Part shown: positions 12,255 to 24,470 of the stretch, piece by piece | Layout: the number at the start of each line of letters is the position of its first letter | How positions within the stretch are numbered: position 1 is the stretch's first letter | From: Utricularia gibba | Lineage: Eukaryota > Plantae > Magnoliophyta | Length of the DNA: 64,000 nucleotides | Reading direction: 5' to 3' | Assembly (NCBI GenBank): GCA_002189035.1 | Contig: CM007989.1 | Location: 1,488,001-1,552,000 of the forward strand | The notes under the pieces: model-generated | What the model was told of the DNA's origin: nothing | Database searches by the model: none | What the model saw: the letters and a program-made list of their open reading frames with translations, nothing else | Position numbers and translations under genes: made by a program

Positions 12255-15021
12255 CTAAACTGTGTGCTTTATGTCATTAACTGCTGCCTCCAAGTTTTCT
12301 TTATCACCCACTTTATGCACCAGCATCATCTCCTCAATCGGTTTGAACTTGTAGAAGTGAGCACAGATCAAGTAGTAGATCAGATTTATGGCCTGTAATC
12401 CAGTGGCAAGCCAGTAGTAGTTATCAAGATATCCCCGGTTCAGGTTCCGGTCAGGAAGCCAGTCACCGGTTCTAGCTGTGTACTTGTGGACCAGGGTTAC
12501 CATGCCTGTTCCAATGTAATTCCCTAGTGCTATGGCTATCCAGAACAATGCAGCAGCTGTGCTTCTCATGCTTTCGGGTGATTGATCATAGAGAAACTCC
12601 AAGTGCCCAACATTCAAGAAGACTTCTGATAATCCATGGAGACAATACTGAGGAACAAGGCGGAATACACTGATGGGAATGATCTTTGTTGGGGAATCAA
12701 GGAGATTGTGGTCTGCCGCGACAGCTTTTCTCCTAGTCTCTATCAATGCTGATGCAGCAGTAGCAAAGATGTTGATCCCCAAACCGATTCCCATTCTCTG
12801 CAAGGATGTTATCCCTACAGGGTTCTTAGTGTACCTTCTTGCCAAGGGAACAAAGAGGCGCTCATACAGGGGTAGGCCAAAGATCACTGTGAGTGTAGTG
12901 AATATCGACATGGAGGCCGGGGGTATCTGAAAGGATCGAGATAGATGGCGGTCCATGGTTCGAGCTTGTTGCACCGTGAAGCTATGAAGATGTGAGGATG
13001 AAGCCACTAGCAGAATAGTTGCAGCCCATATGGGAAGCACTCTGATGATGGTTTTCAGCTCTTCAACTCTGTGGACTGTTGCTATTCTCCAGAGATTCGG
13101 TTTCTCATCTTCGTTCCTAGGGGCCTCAGTCTTGATGGCAGCACGATCCAGCCATCTTCAATCATAGAAAACAAGAAATAAGATAAACTACCCAAAAGCC
13201 AAAGAATGCAGGTTTAAGCATTAAAAGAGATTACCTGAGCTGATCCGAGTGCAGGAGTCTGCCATCCAGAGAAATGTCAGCATCAAGCTCCTTGTTCTCA
13301 TATAATTCAGCAGAATCAGAAGGTCTAGAAACTTTCCGATTCTTCCAAGCCGCCACGATAACCTGAACGATCCTCACAAACGGACTCCCCCCAGGCTTAA
13401 TTTTCTTATACAAAGGGGATCCCACCAGAAAAGCCAATATAGAAACCGCCATTACAATGGTGGGAATTCCAAATCCCCACCCCCAACTTATATTATCTTG
13501 GATGTAAACAACGACGGTTATTGCAAGAAGAGATGCGAAAGCCATGCAGATGAAGTACCAATTGAAGAAATTCCATTTGGACGCCGTTTTGAGTTTGTTC
13601 ATGTCGAACTGATCCGCGGCAAACATGACAACGCAGGGACGGAGTCCGCCGGTGCCCACCGCCGATAACAGAAGCGAAATGTATAGAACCCATAGCTGGA
13701 GATGGGAGGCTTGTTGACAGTTCACCTGACTCGGGCACGGCGGCGGCCTCAGCTGCGGCAGCACCGCCGAGATTGTGATCGTCACCATGCCCTGCGCCCA
13801 CCAATAATAATTTTTCTATTTTCAAAAATAAATAAATAAATAATTCAATTTAATTCATCATTTCACTTTAATAAACGCGATTAATACTTTCATTAACTAA
13901 AAGTCTAAAAAACATCATATTTTCCAAGTCCACTACCAGCTAGTGGACATCCCACTAGCAGAAAACCACAAAACAAGATTCAACTGTTTAATGATTTTTG
14001 TTGGATAACGAATATTTCAGAAACTTTCAAAAATTATATTGTTTAATACTTTGACTATTATTAATCATTGAAAAAGTAATATGCTTTTCTATGATAGAAA
14101 AACATATATTTCCAGATAATAGAAAAATAGAGCACATAATTAAATAAATGTATTATTACTAAAAAATGATAGATTTTATTTGGAATAGCTTATTATTATG
14201 ATAAAAAAGTTTCCTAAACATTTTTGTTACTACACAAGGGATTTATATTTTAAAATATTAGAAATTTTAAAACGTTTATTATTTTTATTTAAGAAAACTA
14301 TATAAATATAAGATATCTTCACAATTATGAAGAGAATGCACAAAAGCTTTTATTAATTAATTATTTAAAAGCTATATTTAAAATTAATAATTGGATTTTA
14401 AGTATAATAAAATTTATTTTTTTATAGCATTTTTTTCAAATCACATATAAAATGAACCCTTCGAGATTATTATAAAAGAAATAATAATTAAAATGATAAT
14501 GAAATGTTGCCGCATAAGTCAAAAGTGGCGTTGCTGTTTTGGGGTTTTATGGGTAAATTACGCTTTTACCCTCATCATTTTGAGAAAGAAGAATAAGGTT
14601 GGCAAACGAACCAGCAAGTAAATGCCTGAGGCGACGGTGATTGTCCAAAATCGGCCGGCGAAGGAGTCGGCGATGAAAGCTCCAATGATCGGCGTGAAGT
14701 TTGCGGTCCCGCCGAAGTTGGTAAGCGTATTCGAGGCTTGCACCAGCGGCAAATTCAGCACTTGCGTCAAGTACGAAATCAAGTTGATGTGAAACCCAGC
14801 GCCGGCGAATCTGTCGCATATCTCGTTTGCTGCCGTCAAGGTGAACCAAAAAAGGAAAAAAATCAAAAATATGTTCAGTTTAACCACTACCCACAAAACA
14901 GCAACTGGTAACAAATTAACTAACCCAGTATAAAGGGCATCGTCCTAACTCCTCCGAGCTGCCGGCGACTCCCTTTCTCCCCGTCTTCAGGGATCCTCTC
15001 ATCTTTTTCATCCTTCTGCAT
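12255..15021 (-). CDS. NRT1/PTR family transporter, NPF3-like, 4 exons
   Basis: Exons 14925-15021, 14612-14829, 13235-13791 and 12255-13155 join in frame. Motifs GGVRTMPFILANEICDRF, GAFIADSFAGRFWTI, GTGGLRPC, FFNWYF, WLDRAA, EFLYDQSPESMRS. Confidence 0.93.
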
Positions 15022-15858
15022 TTCTTCTTCTCCTTCTTCTTGCGTCAGTGGTGACGACGCGTACGCCACTGAAAGGTTTATTTATAAGCGAAAAGATGAC
15101 GGAGATGATCTCCAAATCGCTTTCTCTGGGAAAACGAGTTTTTTAATGCTTAAACTCAATGATCAGTTGAGTTGCTGGTCAATGAATCGGTCAAGTGTTT
15201 AAACTTCACAAAAAAAAAAACACATTTCTGAAATTCATATCTCACAATCCATCCTTATATTCCAGAATCGAGTCTTCCAAGTTTATGAGAAAATCACGTA
15301 GAAAGGTATTGGAAAGGTAGAAACGATTCCAAACCATTGCCATAATAACCCGCTAAACACTGATTAAAGTAATCAAACGGGAAACAGAGTATTCGAATTG
15401 TCTGTGGATGGATAAATGATTTTTATTGATTTATTTTGTGGTCAAAGAAGAGGACAGGTAGTTAGCACAAGTTTTCATGGGGATGGGTGCTCCATTATCG
15501 AAGGAGGGTGGTGGCAATGAAATTATGAAGGGAGCAGACCGGACCAGAGCGGTGGGTGGAATCGTTAATGAAGACATGCCATTCACTTCACTTTTATCTT
15601 CCACCACCTCCATTTTTTTTTATGGTGTGAGTAGACGATCATTGTTTTGAAAAACTAATCCCATAAATGGATTCACAGGGGCACAATAGTTAAGAATTGG
15701 ATTGTCAAGGGATGCCATTGCAATAGACAATTCTGTACAGTTACAATTTCTTTGTAACTGTAAAAGGGGTGGAAGGAGCCTGGACTCTGATCAATCTCTG
15801 CTGAAAATGGGATTTATCAGTTGGGGAATGGATGCTAAGGAAGCCAGGGACTTCTCAG

Positions 15859-17834
15859 TTACCTAATTTTCTGTGAACCAGGTTTCCTTTGCTGATGAGT
15901 CCTTTGGACAAGGCCCTGTTTTCGGAGATCCGTTAAATCGAGAAATTGGATCGTCCGCTGTTTCTTCGCTGGTATCCAGTGAATAGTTAGAAGAAGGATG
16001 AAAAGATTGCAAGTGTAGAGAGTGAGCTAACCATTCGTTGCTTCTTGATATCGCTCTTGAAGTTTTCTCTTGGAAGCCTCCAGCTTCATCATGTTCACCG
16101 CCTTGTCTTCGCATGACGGCTTTGGAATAAGAAAAGCATAAGATGACAGTCATGTAGCACACTATGAAAAGATAGATGATTGTGGTTTGTGCACCTCCAG
16201 TAGGGGAAACGGCTGCTGAATCCTCTGGTTCTGAAGCTCATTTGATGTTGTTCTTTTGGTTGCTTCAGGGGTTCTCCTTGGTTCAGCTTTCGTGTCCCTT
16301 GGTGGAACTTGTGAGTTTTTTAGAGTCACGTGGTCTGTGTTAGAAGGACCTTTTCGAACACGGCTTGGCTTTCGCTCATGTTCCTCTTTCTTCTCTGGTT
16401 CACCATTCTTTAGAAGATCTGCAAGAAAGCAACCTTAATTTCCCAGGAAATCCAATAGAAAGAGCATTGATGGAGCTTAGGAAGAAGAAAAGACTCACTT
16501 CCATAGTCATCCATTCCATCAAAGAACTACGCGATACATGCAACAGATAATGATACTCGAGTCAGTCTCAATAAAAAACAATAGCAACAGACGAAACAGA
16601 GAGCAAGGTACCCACCCCTGCCAGCTCCATTGAAGTTGGAGTGGCGAAGAGGGCTCCCTCATCCATGGGGGGAGATGGTAGCCCTGCTGCACCTTCTACT
16701 GTTTTCATGGACTCCGTCACAACTTCATCTGGTTTTACCAGTGACAACCTTTTTAAGCCCTCATCACTGATGGATGCAACAAAGAAAGCCAGTGTTTCTG
16801 GTTTAGGACTTTAGGTTACCTGCAGTGGTTTCTGAGGTTATAACCCAAGCATCAACAATCACCTTCCAATCCCTGAAATGGAAAATAACAAGTTCTAAGT
16901 GTATGGAGCATGATTCTCGGCTTAACAAGTATGAATCCATCCCATCTCTGGTTCTGGACACACAGCATGAATGTTAGAAAAAGTTAAGGGGTTTCAAATG
17001 AGGATTCATACTTGACCAACACCCTTGCAAGGCTTTGGATTTCCTTCGACCCATGTTTCCGAATAGCATTAACAGACTTCCCAATTCCTGTGGCCTGAAA
17101 AAAGTTTTGTAGTTAGCACAAAACACAAGAGGGATAATGCTCGGTGAAAAGGATGGCACGGTGTGTAGAAACCTTGAGAGTCTCCACATTGAAAGACATC
17201 AGCTGAAGCTTCCTCAGAGAGTCAAGCAACACTGAATCAGACTGTCATGAAAAGTGAGACATTGATCAGTTGGGGCAAACAGACACGACTTTCTGTTCAT
17301 GTTGGCTCCACATTTTCGTTCATAAACACTAGAAGACTCCCAAGTTGCAAAGAAGAGAAGCAAGCATACCTCTTGTTGAGAGTTATCAAGGATTTCTTTG
17401 ATCCTCAAAACTTCCGCATGAAACTGGTTTTCTTCATCAATTGCATCAGTCAAAGCTTCGGCCTCCTCACAACTATAATTGTTGTCATGATTCACATTCT
17501 TTACAGCCATGATATCGCCATCACGATCCCTGCTGCAACTACCCACCTTGCTTTCTTTACTGCCCCCTTCTTCAACCACACTCTTGCATTTTTCTTCACA
17601 GCAAGTTAAATCATTCCCGATGGGTAAAGCCAACTCGATTCTATGACAACCAAAACACCTCGTCGCTTTACAAGAGAAAAGCAGTTCCGCAATCTTATCC
17701 CTTTTCGATCTGAATTCACTGGGGAAATCTGAAGTAGCCACAATTATCGCATTCTCGATCAAATCAAAGATATCGGAGTCCGCAGTTTGGAAATAGGCCC
17801 TCCATTTGTCAAGGCTGGTGAAACTGTTTGCCAT
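15859..17834 (-). CDS. TFIIS N-terminal-domain protein, Mediator subunit 26-like (MED26b type), multi-exon
   Basis: LDKWRAYFQTADSDIFDLIENAI, DSLRKLQLMSFNVETLK|ATGIGKSVN, GLPSPPMDEGALF, FFDGMDD, KLEASKRKLQERYQEA|AKKQRTIQ; stop at 15859. Confidence 0.88.
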
Positions 17835-18420
17835 TGAAACCAACGGCCAAATTATCCCGATTGTTTTGGAGTGCTGTTATCAACACCCCGAACGAGAACC
17901 CACGTTCCCGATTCCCAGTTCCAAAATCTGATCTTTAAGACAATCCGCAAACCAACGCTCCCTTTTTCAAAATAGTTTCCGTCTTTTCTTCTAGCGATCA
18001 GTTTCTGACCAGAGAAATCAAAACCACGGCAGTGAAGCCGTGAAAACAGTGAATTCGGCGATAATCAATAGACCCAACTGCTACGAAATCAAACAAATGC
18101 AGAAAGGAAACAAAATCCAAGAATTCGGAGACAAACGTTTCGCGGCGGAGAACGCAAGAGAGAAACCGCCTAGAATCTTTGAATGATCTCGTCAGCTAAC
18201 TCTTACACGAGATTAAATGATAATACTCTCTCACAAAATAAATTTATTTAGGAAACATTCTCATTTATTGATTTTAAAAAAATATATACATTTTTGGATA
18301 AATTCGAATAAAATGAAAATTTTAAATTATACTATTTCTCACCATCCTCCCTTTCCTTAATTAAAATACCCCACTATTTTATCTAATTCAACGTCATTAA
18401 AATTAACACACAGAAGGGAT

Positions 18421-18533
18421 CACGTGCATGAGAGGTGGGACCCAGGCACTCTATCCGCGGGTCCTTTATTTTTCTACCCACTGCATGAGAGTCCGCTCCG
18501 AGATCACGTGTCGAACGTGCGACACGCGTGTCG
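18421..18533. promoter_or_regulatory. G-box/ABRE and CE3-like cluster upstream of the MED26-like gene
   Basis: CACGTG at 18421 and 18505, AACGTG at 18514, and a perfect 14-bp palindrome cgacacgcgtgtcg at 18520-18533, in a GC island within AT-rich intergenic DNA. Confidence 0.55.
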
Positions 18534-19568
18534 TGCACATATTGATTATTGAAGATGACCAATCATTTATAAATTTATCCAGTTTATTTTTTTTCTAACA
18601 CATTGAAATAAAAATTAATATTAATATGACTAATTTTTTGGATAATGGTCAAATTTGTATGTCACCCAAACTCAATTGGTCTATGCACTTCTTTCCATTG
18701 TTGCTTGGGAACTTTACCCCTTAAATTTAATTGTTCAAAACATATGATTTTGTTCTAATTTAATCATTTTTATTATAACTTTTTCCAAAAAATTAACACA
18801 GACTAACCTTGATATGTATGGAATTAAGACAGGTATTTTTTGTTTATATATTTTTCTGAAATGACTCTGTTTAATTTTTAAATATTCTAACTTTTAATCA
18901 TTTTGTATTTAGAAATTCAAATTATATGATTAATTTCAAATTATATAACATACTCAATGTAGTGGTAATTAGACGTGAGCAATTGAGAGTTGGGTGGTAT
19001 CAATACTATAATACAAATTATCGAATTCATATTAAAATATAAAATAGATTTCATTAAGAAAAAATAAGATAGATATCATTTCGATTATGTAATTAAAGCT
19101 AGATATTTCTATTTTTATCGTTAAAGACAACAATAAAAATTAAATAAAGTCGAATCCACATATGATCATATTGAGCATCGTTGAATTTGTAACCGATTAT
19201 ATGGTTACTTGAAACATATTTTTATGTGCATATGATAAATTGATCATATCTCATATCCAATCTTAATGTGTGAAACAAAAAAATAAAGATGTTTATTTTT
19301 TTATCAAAATAAAGCATAGGTTATATATCTAGCTCTGTGAGTGGAGGGGCAAGCAAGATTGATCATGCAATGAGGTGCCTCAAAGCACACCAGAGAAGAT
19401 CATCTCGTCTCGACTATGAGATGGAGACTTCTGGATTAGGCCGATGTGGGGCTGGGGGAATGGAGTTCATAAGGCCCTTTGTAAAATCTTGACAGGTTGA
19501 TGATGCAGCTTCTGTTGAACTTCTGCTCCAGCTATGGCACAAACAGCATCTTGTGCAGATGATTATCA

Positions 19569-21090
19569 TCAACGCAAGGTGGTGTTGCAGTCTGGCCAGA
19601 AGCTCTGCCACTTTGCAATCTCTTCTTTCTCATGAATTTTTCTGATTCCACCGTAAAATCCAACGCCCTTGCTTCCAACCTCTCCCTGGTGCTTCGTGTT
19701 GAGCTCCGTTCTCCGCCACCGGGATTCCGATGCGTACTGCCGGAACTCCAACACCACCGTATCTGCATCAACATGGTTAGCAGCCAACAATGCACTTCAG
19801 GCTCACATCAGTTGGCCAGGTAGAAGGAGATTGAGGAAGAGCTACCACTGATATGGCACTGGCAAGTGAGGGTGTTCCCAGAGCAGGTGTCTAGATGGCC
19901 AACAATTCCATACCACCAACCTGCATGTGCAATGCCATCAATATGGAGTGTTGCGCGAGAAAACCAGATCCCATGTTGGATCTGATCAGAATGTGAAATG
20001 TACCATAAGGGAACTGTGGGTTTTTTCTCCACTGGATTTCAATATGATCATCTGGATTCAGCTCTTCCAAGCAACGGGAGATATGGACAGCACTTGATGG
20101 AACATGAACAGGGGGGCATCTGATCCTGTGCCACTTCACATCATCTTCTATCACGCTCCTCCCTTGGCAGGGATACCTGAAAAACGACAGTGTAAAACTG
20201 AATGCAAAACGCATACAAGAACTACCCTTGAAACTGTAATGTCCAGTTTTTACCTAGCGATGAAACTGTCTGCTGCTGAATCATAACATAGCAGAGCATC
20301 ATAGCATGAAAGAGAGAATCCCAAGTATCCATTCTTCACCTAAAAAGGATCTCAGGGTGGTTGATCTTTCTATTCATAATATGTGCTACAGTGCATACAG
20401 AGCAAGAGTTACCTCACGGTCATGAACCTGAGCTGGGAACCAAAACTTTCCTGTCTCAAGAGCAGCATACAGAGAGAGAACTGAATTTCCCATTGAAGTG
20501 CTTCTTGACTCACTACTTTCTTTTTTCTCATGTCTCGGTTTGCGCACAAAGAAGCTACCCAAGGGAAGTAATTTAGATCTGCAGCTTTGTTGCTTGCAAT
20601 GCGGAAGTTTTGGAGACCTGTTGGAGGAAATATAGTTTCCCCACTGTTTCCAGGCGGCTTCGCCAAAAACTCCTCCCCATTTCTTTTGGAAGTGTTTCTC
20701 CCACACATAATCGCTACTGCATTTCTCTCCGAGTGAAGAGCAAACCAATGAAAGGACACAAAGATCTGCCGGGGAAAGCTTCTCAAGAATGCAGCCCAGG
20801 ACTAAATCAGGCAGATCCAGGAGAGGAACCTCATTTTCCTTCACAATACCATTAAAAATCTCAAATCTTGGTCTCACAGGTGTATTCTCCAATGGAAATT
20901 GCCTAGGAACATCAAGGATTCCTTTTAAAAAACTTCTCTTCCGACCCAAAATCTTGTGAAATTCCTTCAAAATGATGAAAAGAATCCTGGGAAATGCCCA
21001 CATTCTTGAATGCAGCATTGCAATAGGCTGGGCTTTGATGGACTTAGAAAGCAACAAAAAAGACAGGAAACCCAACAAGAAAAGAAGCAT
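19569..21090 (-). CDS. F-box protein (At2g32560/At2g26850-like), about 5 exons
   Basis: N-terminal hydrophobic segment, F-box LLDLPDLVLGCILEKL, then FWFPAQVHDRE|NGYLGFSLSCYDALLCYD, DHIEIQWRKN, WWYGIVGHL, DTVVLEFRQY, GFYGGIRKI. Confidence 0.88.
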
Positions 21091-21919
21091 TGCAGGTTAC
21101 TGTGGATCACACATTACAGCGTAAGATAGAACCGTAGAAGGAAACGAAACAGCGATGCGCCCAAACAGCAGAATCAGCACATGAAAAATCATACAAAAGA
21201 AGCGCTGTCAGTACAGCTGACGACCCCATTAAATAACCGCCAAACGAGTACAAAGAGCCCAAACTAGTGTACAGTAGAGCATTAAAAACGTAGAATGATG
21301 AAGTACATACAATAGAATCCAAAGGAGAAATAGCGAACTACGAAAAAACAAGCCTTTCAGAACATTTTACATCAGCAACCAAGTGGCAAGAAGCATTTTT
21401 TCAGCACAAGTCAGAGAGCTGCAGTGGTGAAGTTCTAGGAAAGAGTAGAAATGGGTTATGGGCACACTTTTAATTGCTTTGCCCGGTAGGAAGATGCTTC
21501 AGCAATTTAATGGAGAATGGTTGCTCGTTTTGCAGTGAAAGATGCGTGTTTCTTTTATATCCTGGTGCTGAAATTGTCAATGTTGCTGCTATGGGAAGCC
21601 ATCTAACTTTTACCAAACTTTTGAAGAAGGGAACAGGAGAGGTTCAGTGGACTAAGATCTTTAGACTAATGTACATCAACGCATTAGATGCGCTGAAGTT
21701 GTGGTGTAGGCCAACAACATGTCACCTACTTGCCACTTTCCATTAAAGTTGTGGTGGAATTTGGGAAAGAGGAGTTGGAGCAATATATCGTTAATTCATG
21801 TTTCCAGAAGCTTCCAAGGTTCAACAGAGGTACTCGAACTAAGTTACACAGATGGCCAACGTTACATGACAGAAACCAGAAAACTACTTCATTACAAACA
21901 GGGGAACGCCTTAAGCGTA

Positions 21920-24052
21920 CTAGAGACCAAGTCCAACAGTTCGGCCGTCTCTTCGACGTAGCCCAGCGGTATATTGCTTCTCTAACTCCATTTGAAGCTG
22001 CTCCCGTTGTTTCTCCACATCGGGGTTGTCTGACTTGAGATTGACCTTTGCGTCGCCCTTCACACCCTACAATTGGCCATGTGCACCAATGCAACCTCAG
22101 ACTCTAAAAGAGTGTCAGTAAGGGGGATGAAATTCAGGGAACTAGAATGAAATGAATGTAGAACTAGTTTATGATTTCTAAATCTGAAACAAAAAAGGGA
22201 GTGGCTGTTAAGGAATTACCATGAGTTTGTTGAATTTTTCCTGCCTTTCCCGGTCCACAAACATTGTGGTATCCCACCGACTAGCGGACTATGTTGTGCA
22301 TAGGATTAAGAATCCAGGAAAAATCAAGAAACACATCAGATTGTAAGTTATGATGCATGCATTCTTTCAAAGAACACACTGCATGTCACTATTCTTGTAC
22401 ACTGGATGCAAGGCTGTGATTTGCATCAAAAAGAAGGCTTGCATCACAAAAGTGAAGATGGCCACATACCTCTTCAGGAGTGTTGATGCTCTTCTTGTTG
22501 CCCCATAAAAGCTTCTTCTTCTGATCAGCTGACATATATCCGGTTCCAACTAAATTCCTATTAACTGTTATTCACTCAAACAGTAAATGACAAGATGCTC
22601 AAAAGTCTCTTGCTACAGCAAGTTAAAGGCCAAATTCAGCATCATAATGGTGTATCTACATCAAATTTAACATACCCATTTCCGCCGCCTTCACTGCAGC
22701 AAGTTTGGCTGCATCAATATCCGCGTCTGTCACAAAAGCTTGCTCCGAAGTACCTGTTAGCAAGTCAGAGGATATAAATGCCGGAAAATACACGGAAGGT
22801 GCACAATATAACAGAACATACCACCGACTTCTTTCCCAAGACCTAAGCCATCTGGAGAAGAGAATTTTGACTTTTTAGCTTTGGTCTCTCGACCAGCCTC
22901 AGACACATCATTAGAGAGCTGCTTGAATGCAGCCTGATCCTCGTTCCTTGTCTCATAATTCCTATAACCTTCATCATCCCTCTGCTTGACATCTTTACGT
23001 GAATCTTCTTTCAAATAATGACCAGAATTTTTTCTTGACGATTCTTCCACAGCATGAGCAGGTGACCTATCACTTCTGTAATCTTGGGTTCCTTTCTTGT
23101 GATCAGGCTTCCCATACCTTTCGCTTCTTCTGTCTCTCTGCCTGTCTCTCACCCTACCCATATCTCTTTCATCCAGACTATCTTGCTTCCTACTGGAGCC
23201 TAACCTATCATAGGAGTCTCTGCTCTTACTTTTATGCCCTGAATCATACTTTGAACGAGAGAAATCTCTATCACTCCCTCTGTAGCCCAAATCATCTTGA
23301 GCGGCCCTCCAGGACCGAGTAGATGACTTGGGGTAGCCCCTGTCACAGTCGTTCCCATGCCTCTCATGCCTTCCATAGTCGTTATGCCTATTGTAGCCCC
23401 TATAAGAATTCCTTTCGGAGTGATTATAAGACTCACTGCTTCGTCCAGAATGGCTCCTTATATCATTTTTCTTTTGTTTATCATCAGAGCTTTTCGGAAG
23501 ATCCTTCTTAGAAGGGACTGGACTCAAGCTTCTCTTCCCAGATGAAGACCCTGAATAGATATAAAACAAGCTATAGGAATGGAAAAACCGTTATTTGCAA
23601 TCCACATCAAAAGTGATACAAGAGGACGCACCCTGCAATACAAAATAACTTTCTGTGTTATGTGAGCACTACTAGCATCTACTAAACACCAAGTAAAAGG
23701 AACATATACTGCCTGAGAATTCCGGTAAAGAACACGCACACACAACACACGTATAACATAAATCCTTAAATCACACTGAGTACGAGAATGATGCATGCCC
23801 TTGTAATATTGGAGCCATAAGAATGCAAGGTACGCATCCCCCGGAGGTCCGAAACTATGCTGCCACCAAATTCATACGCTCGAGCCACTAATCCCGGGGG
23901 AAAATTCGAATAGGTGGAATGAACTAACCACCAGATGATGAAGATGAACCACCACCAGGTGATCTGCGTCTGTACTTCCTGCCAGATGCCTCATTCAAAG
24001 GCCTCCGAAATTGAGTCCTGGAATCCGAACCTTCCTGCCCGTCTAAATCCAT
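21920..24052 (-). CDS. Arginine/serine-rich coiled-coil protein 2-like with a C-terminal small-acidic-protein-like domain, multi-exon
   Basis: Start MDLDGQEGSDSRTQFRRP, YRRRSP, RS/RD-rich exon 22757-23550 region, then KKKLLWG, ERQEKFNKLM|GVKGD...ELEKQYTAGLRRRDGRTVGLGL* ending at 21920. Confidence 0.85.
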
Positions 24053-24362
24053 ACTACTTGAAGAAAAGCCCAAGAAAACAAACGAAACCCTAAAAAACGA
24101 GAACATACGCAAAATGCAATCTTAATATGAATCAAAGACGAAAATCGTTACATTTATGAAAACAAAATCATTTCCGAAAAAAAAAAAATCGAATTTAAGG
24201 AGTAAAAAGCTGATTCACAGCCATGTAGCGTCAAGTTCACCTTCGAAGAACAATTAATCGTGAGCTGAGTGCCCTCTCTCTCGTCTGGGGTTCCTAATTC
24301 TGTTTCCAATTTGCGTGATGATGAAAAGGGGAGATAATTTAGAATGTTCTTTTACTTATTAG

Positions 24363-24377
24363 TGGGCTTGAGGCCCA
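24363..24377. promoter_or_regulatory. Site II pair in the head-to-head promoter shared by the RSRC2-like and PPR genes
   Basis: TGGGCT 24363-24368 and GGCCCA 24372-24377. A telo-box AAACCCTAA lies at 24085-24093. The two start codons are only 419 bp apart. Confidence 0.6.
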
Positions 24378-24470
24378 AGTTGACCTGGACTACCAAAATG
24401 GAGAAACCCATTAAGAAATTAGAAACCTCACTTCACACTCAGCTCCAGGGTTGAGGGTTTATGGTTGAGA

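Noticed and set aside
13800-14540. Very AT-rich NPF intron 2, and similar tracts at 18550-19330, 31560-32560, 39170-39370, 54450-54900 and 58950-59150, as possible MITEs
   Set aside because: I could not find terminal inverted repeats or target-site duplications; treated as ordinary AT-rich spacer.
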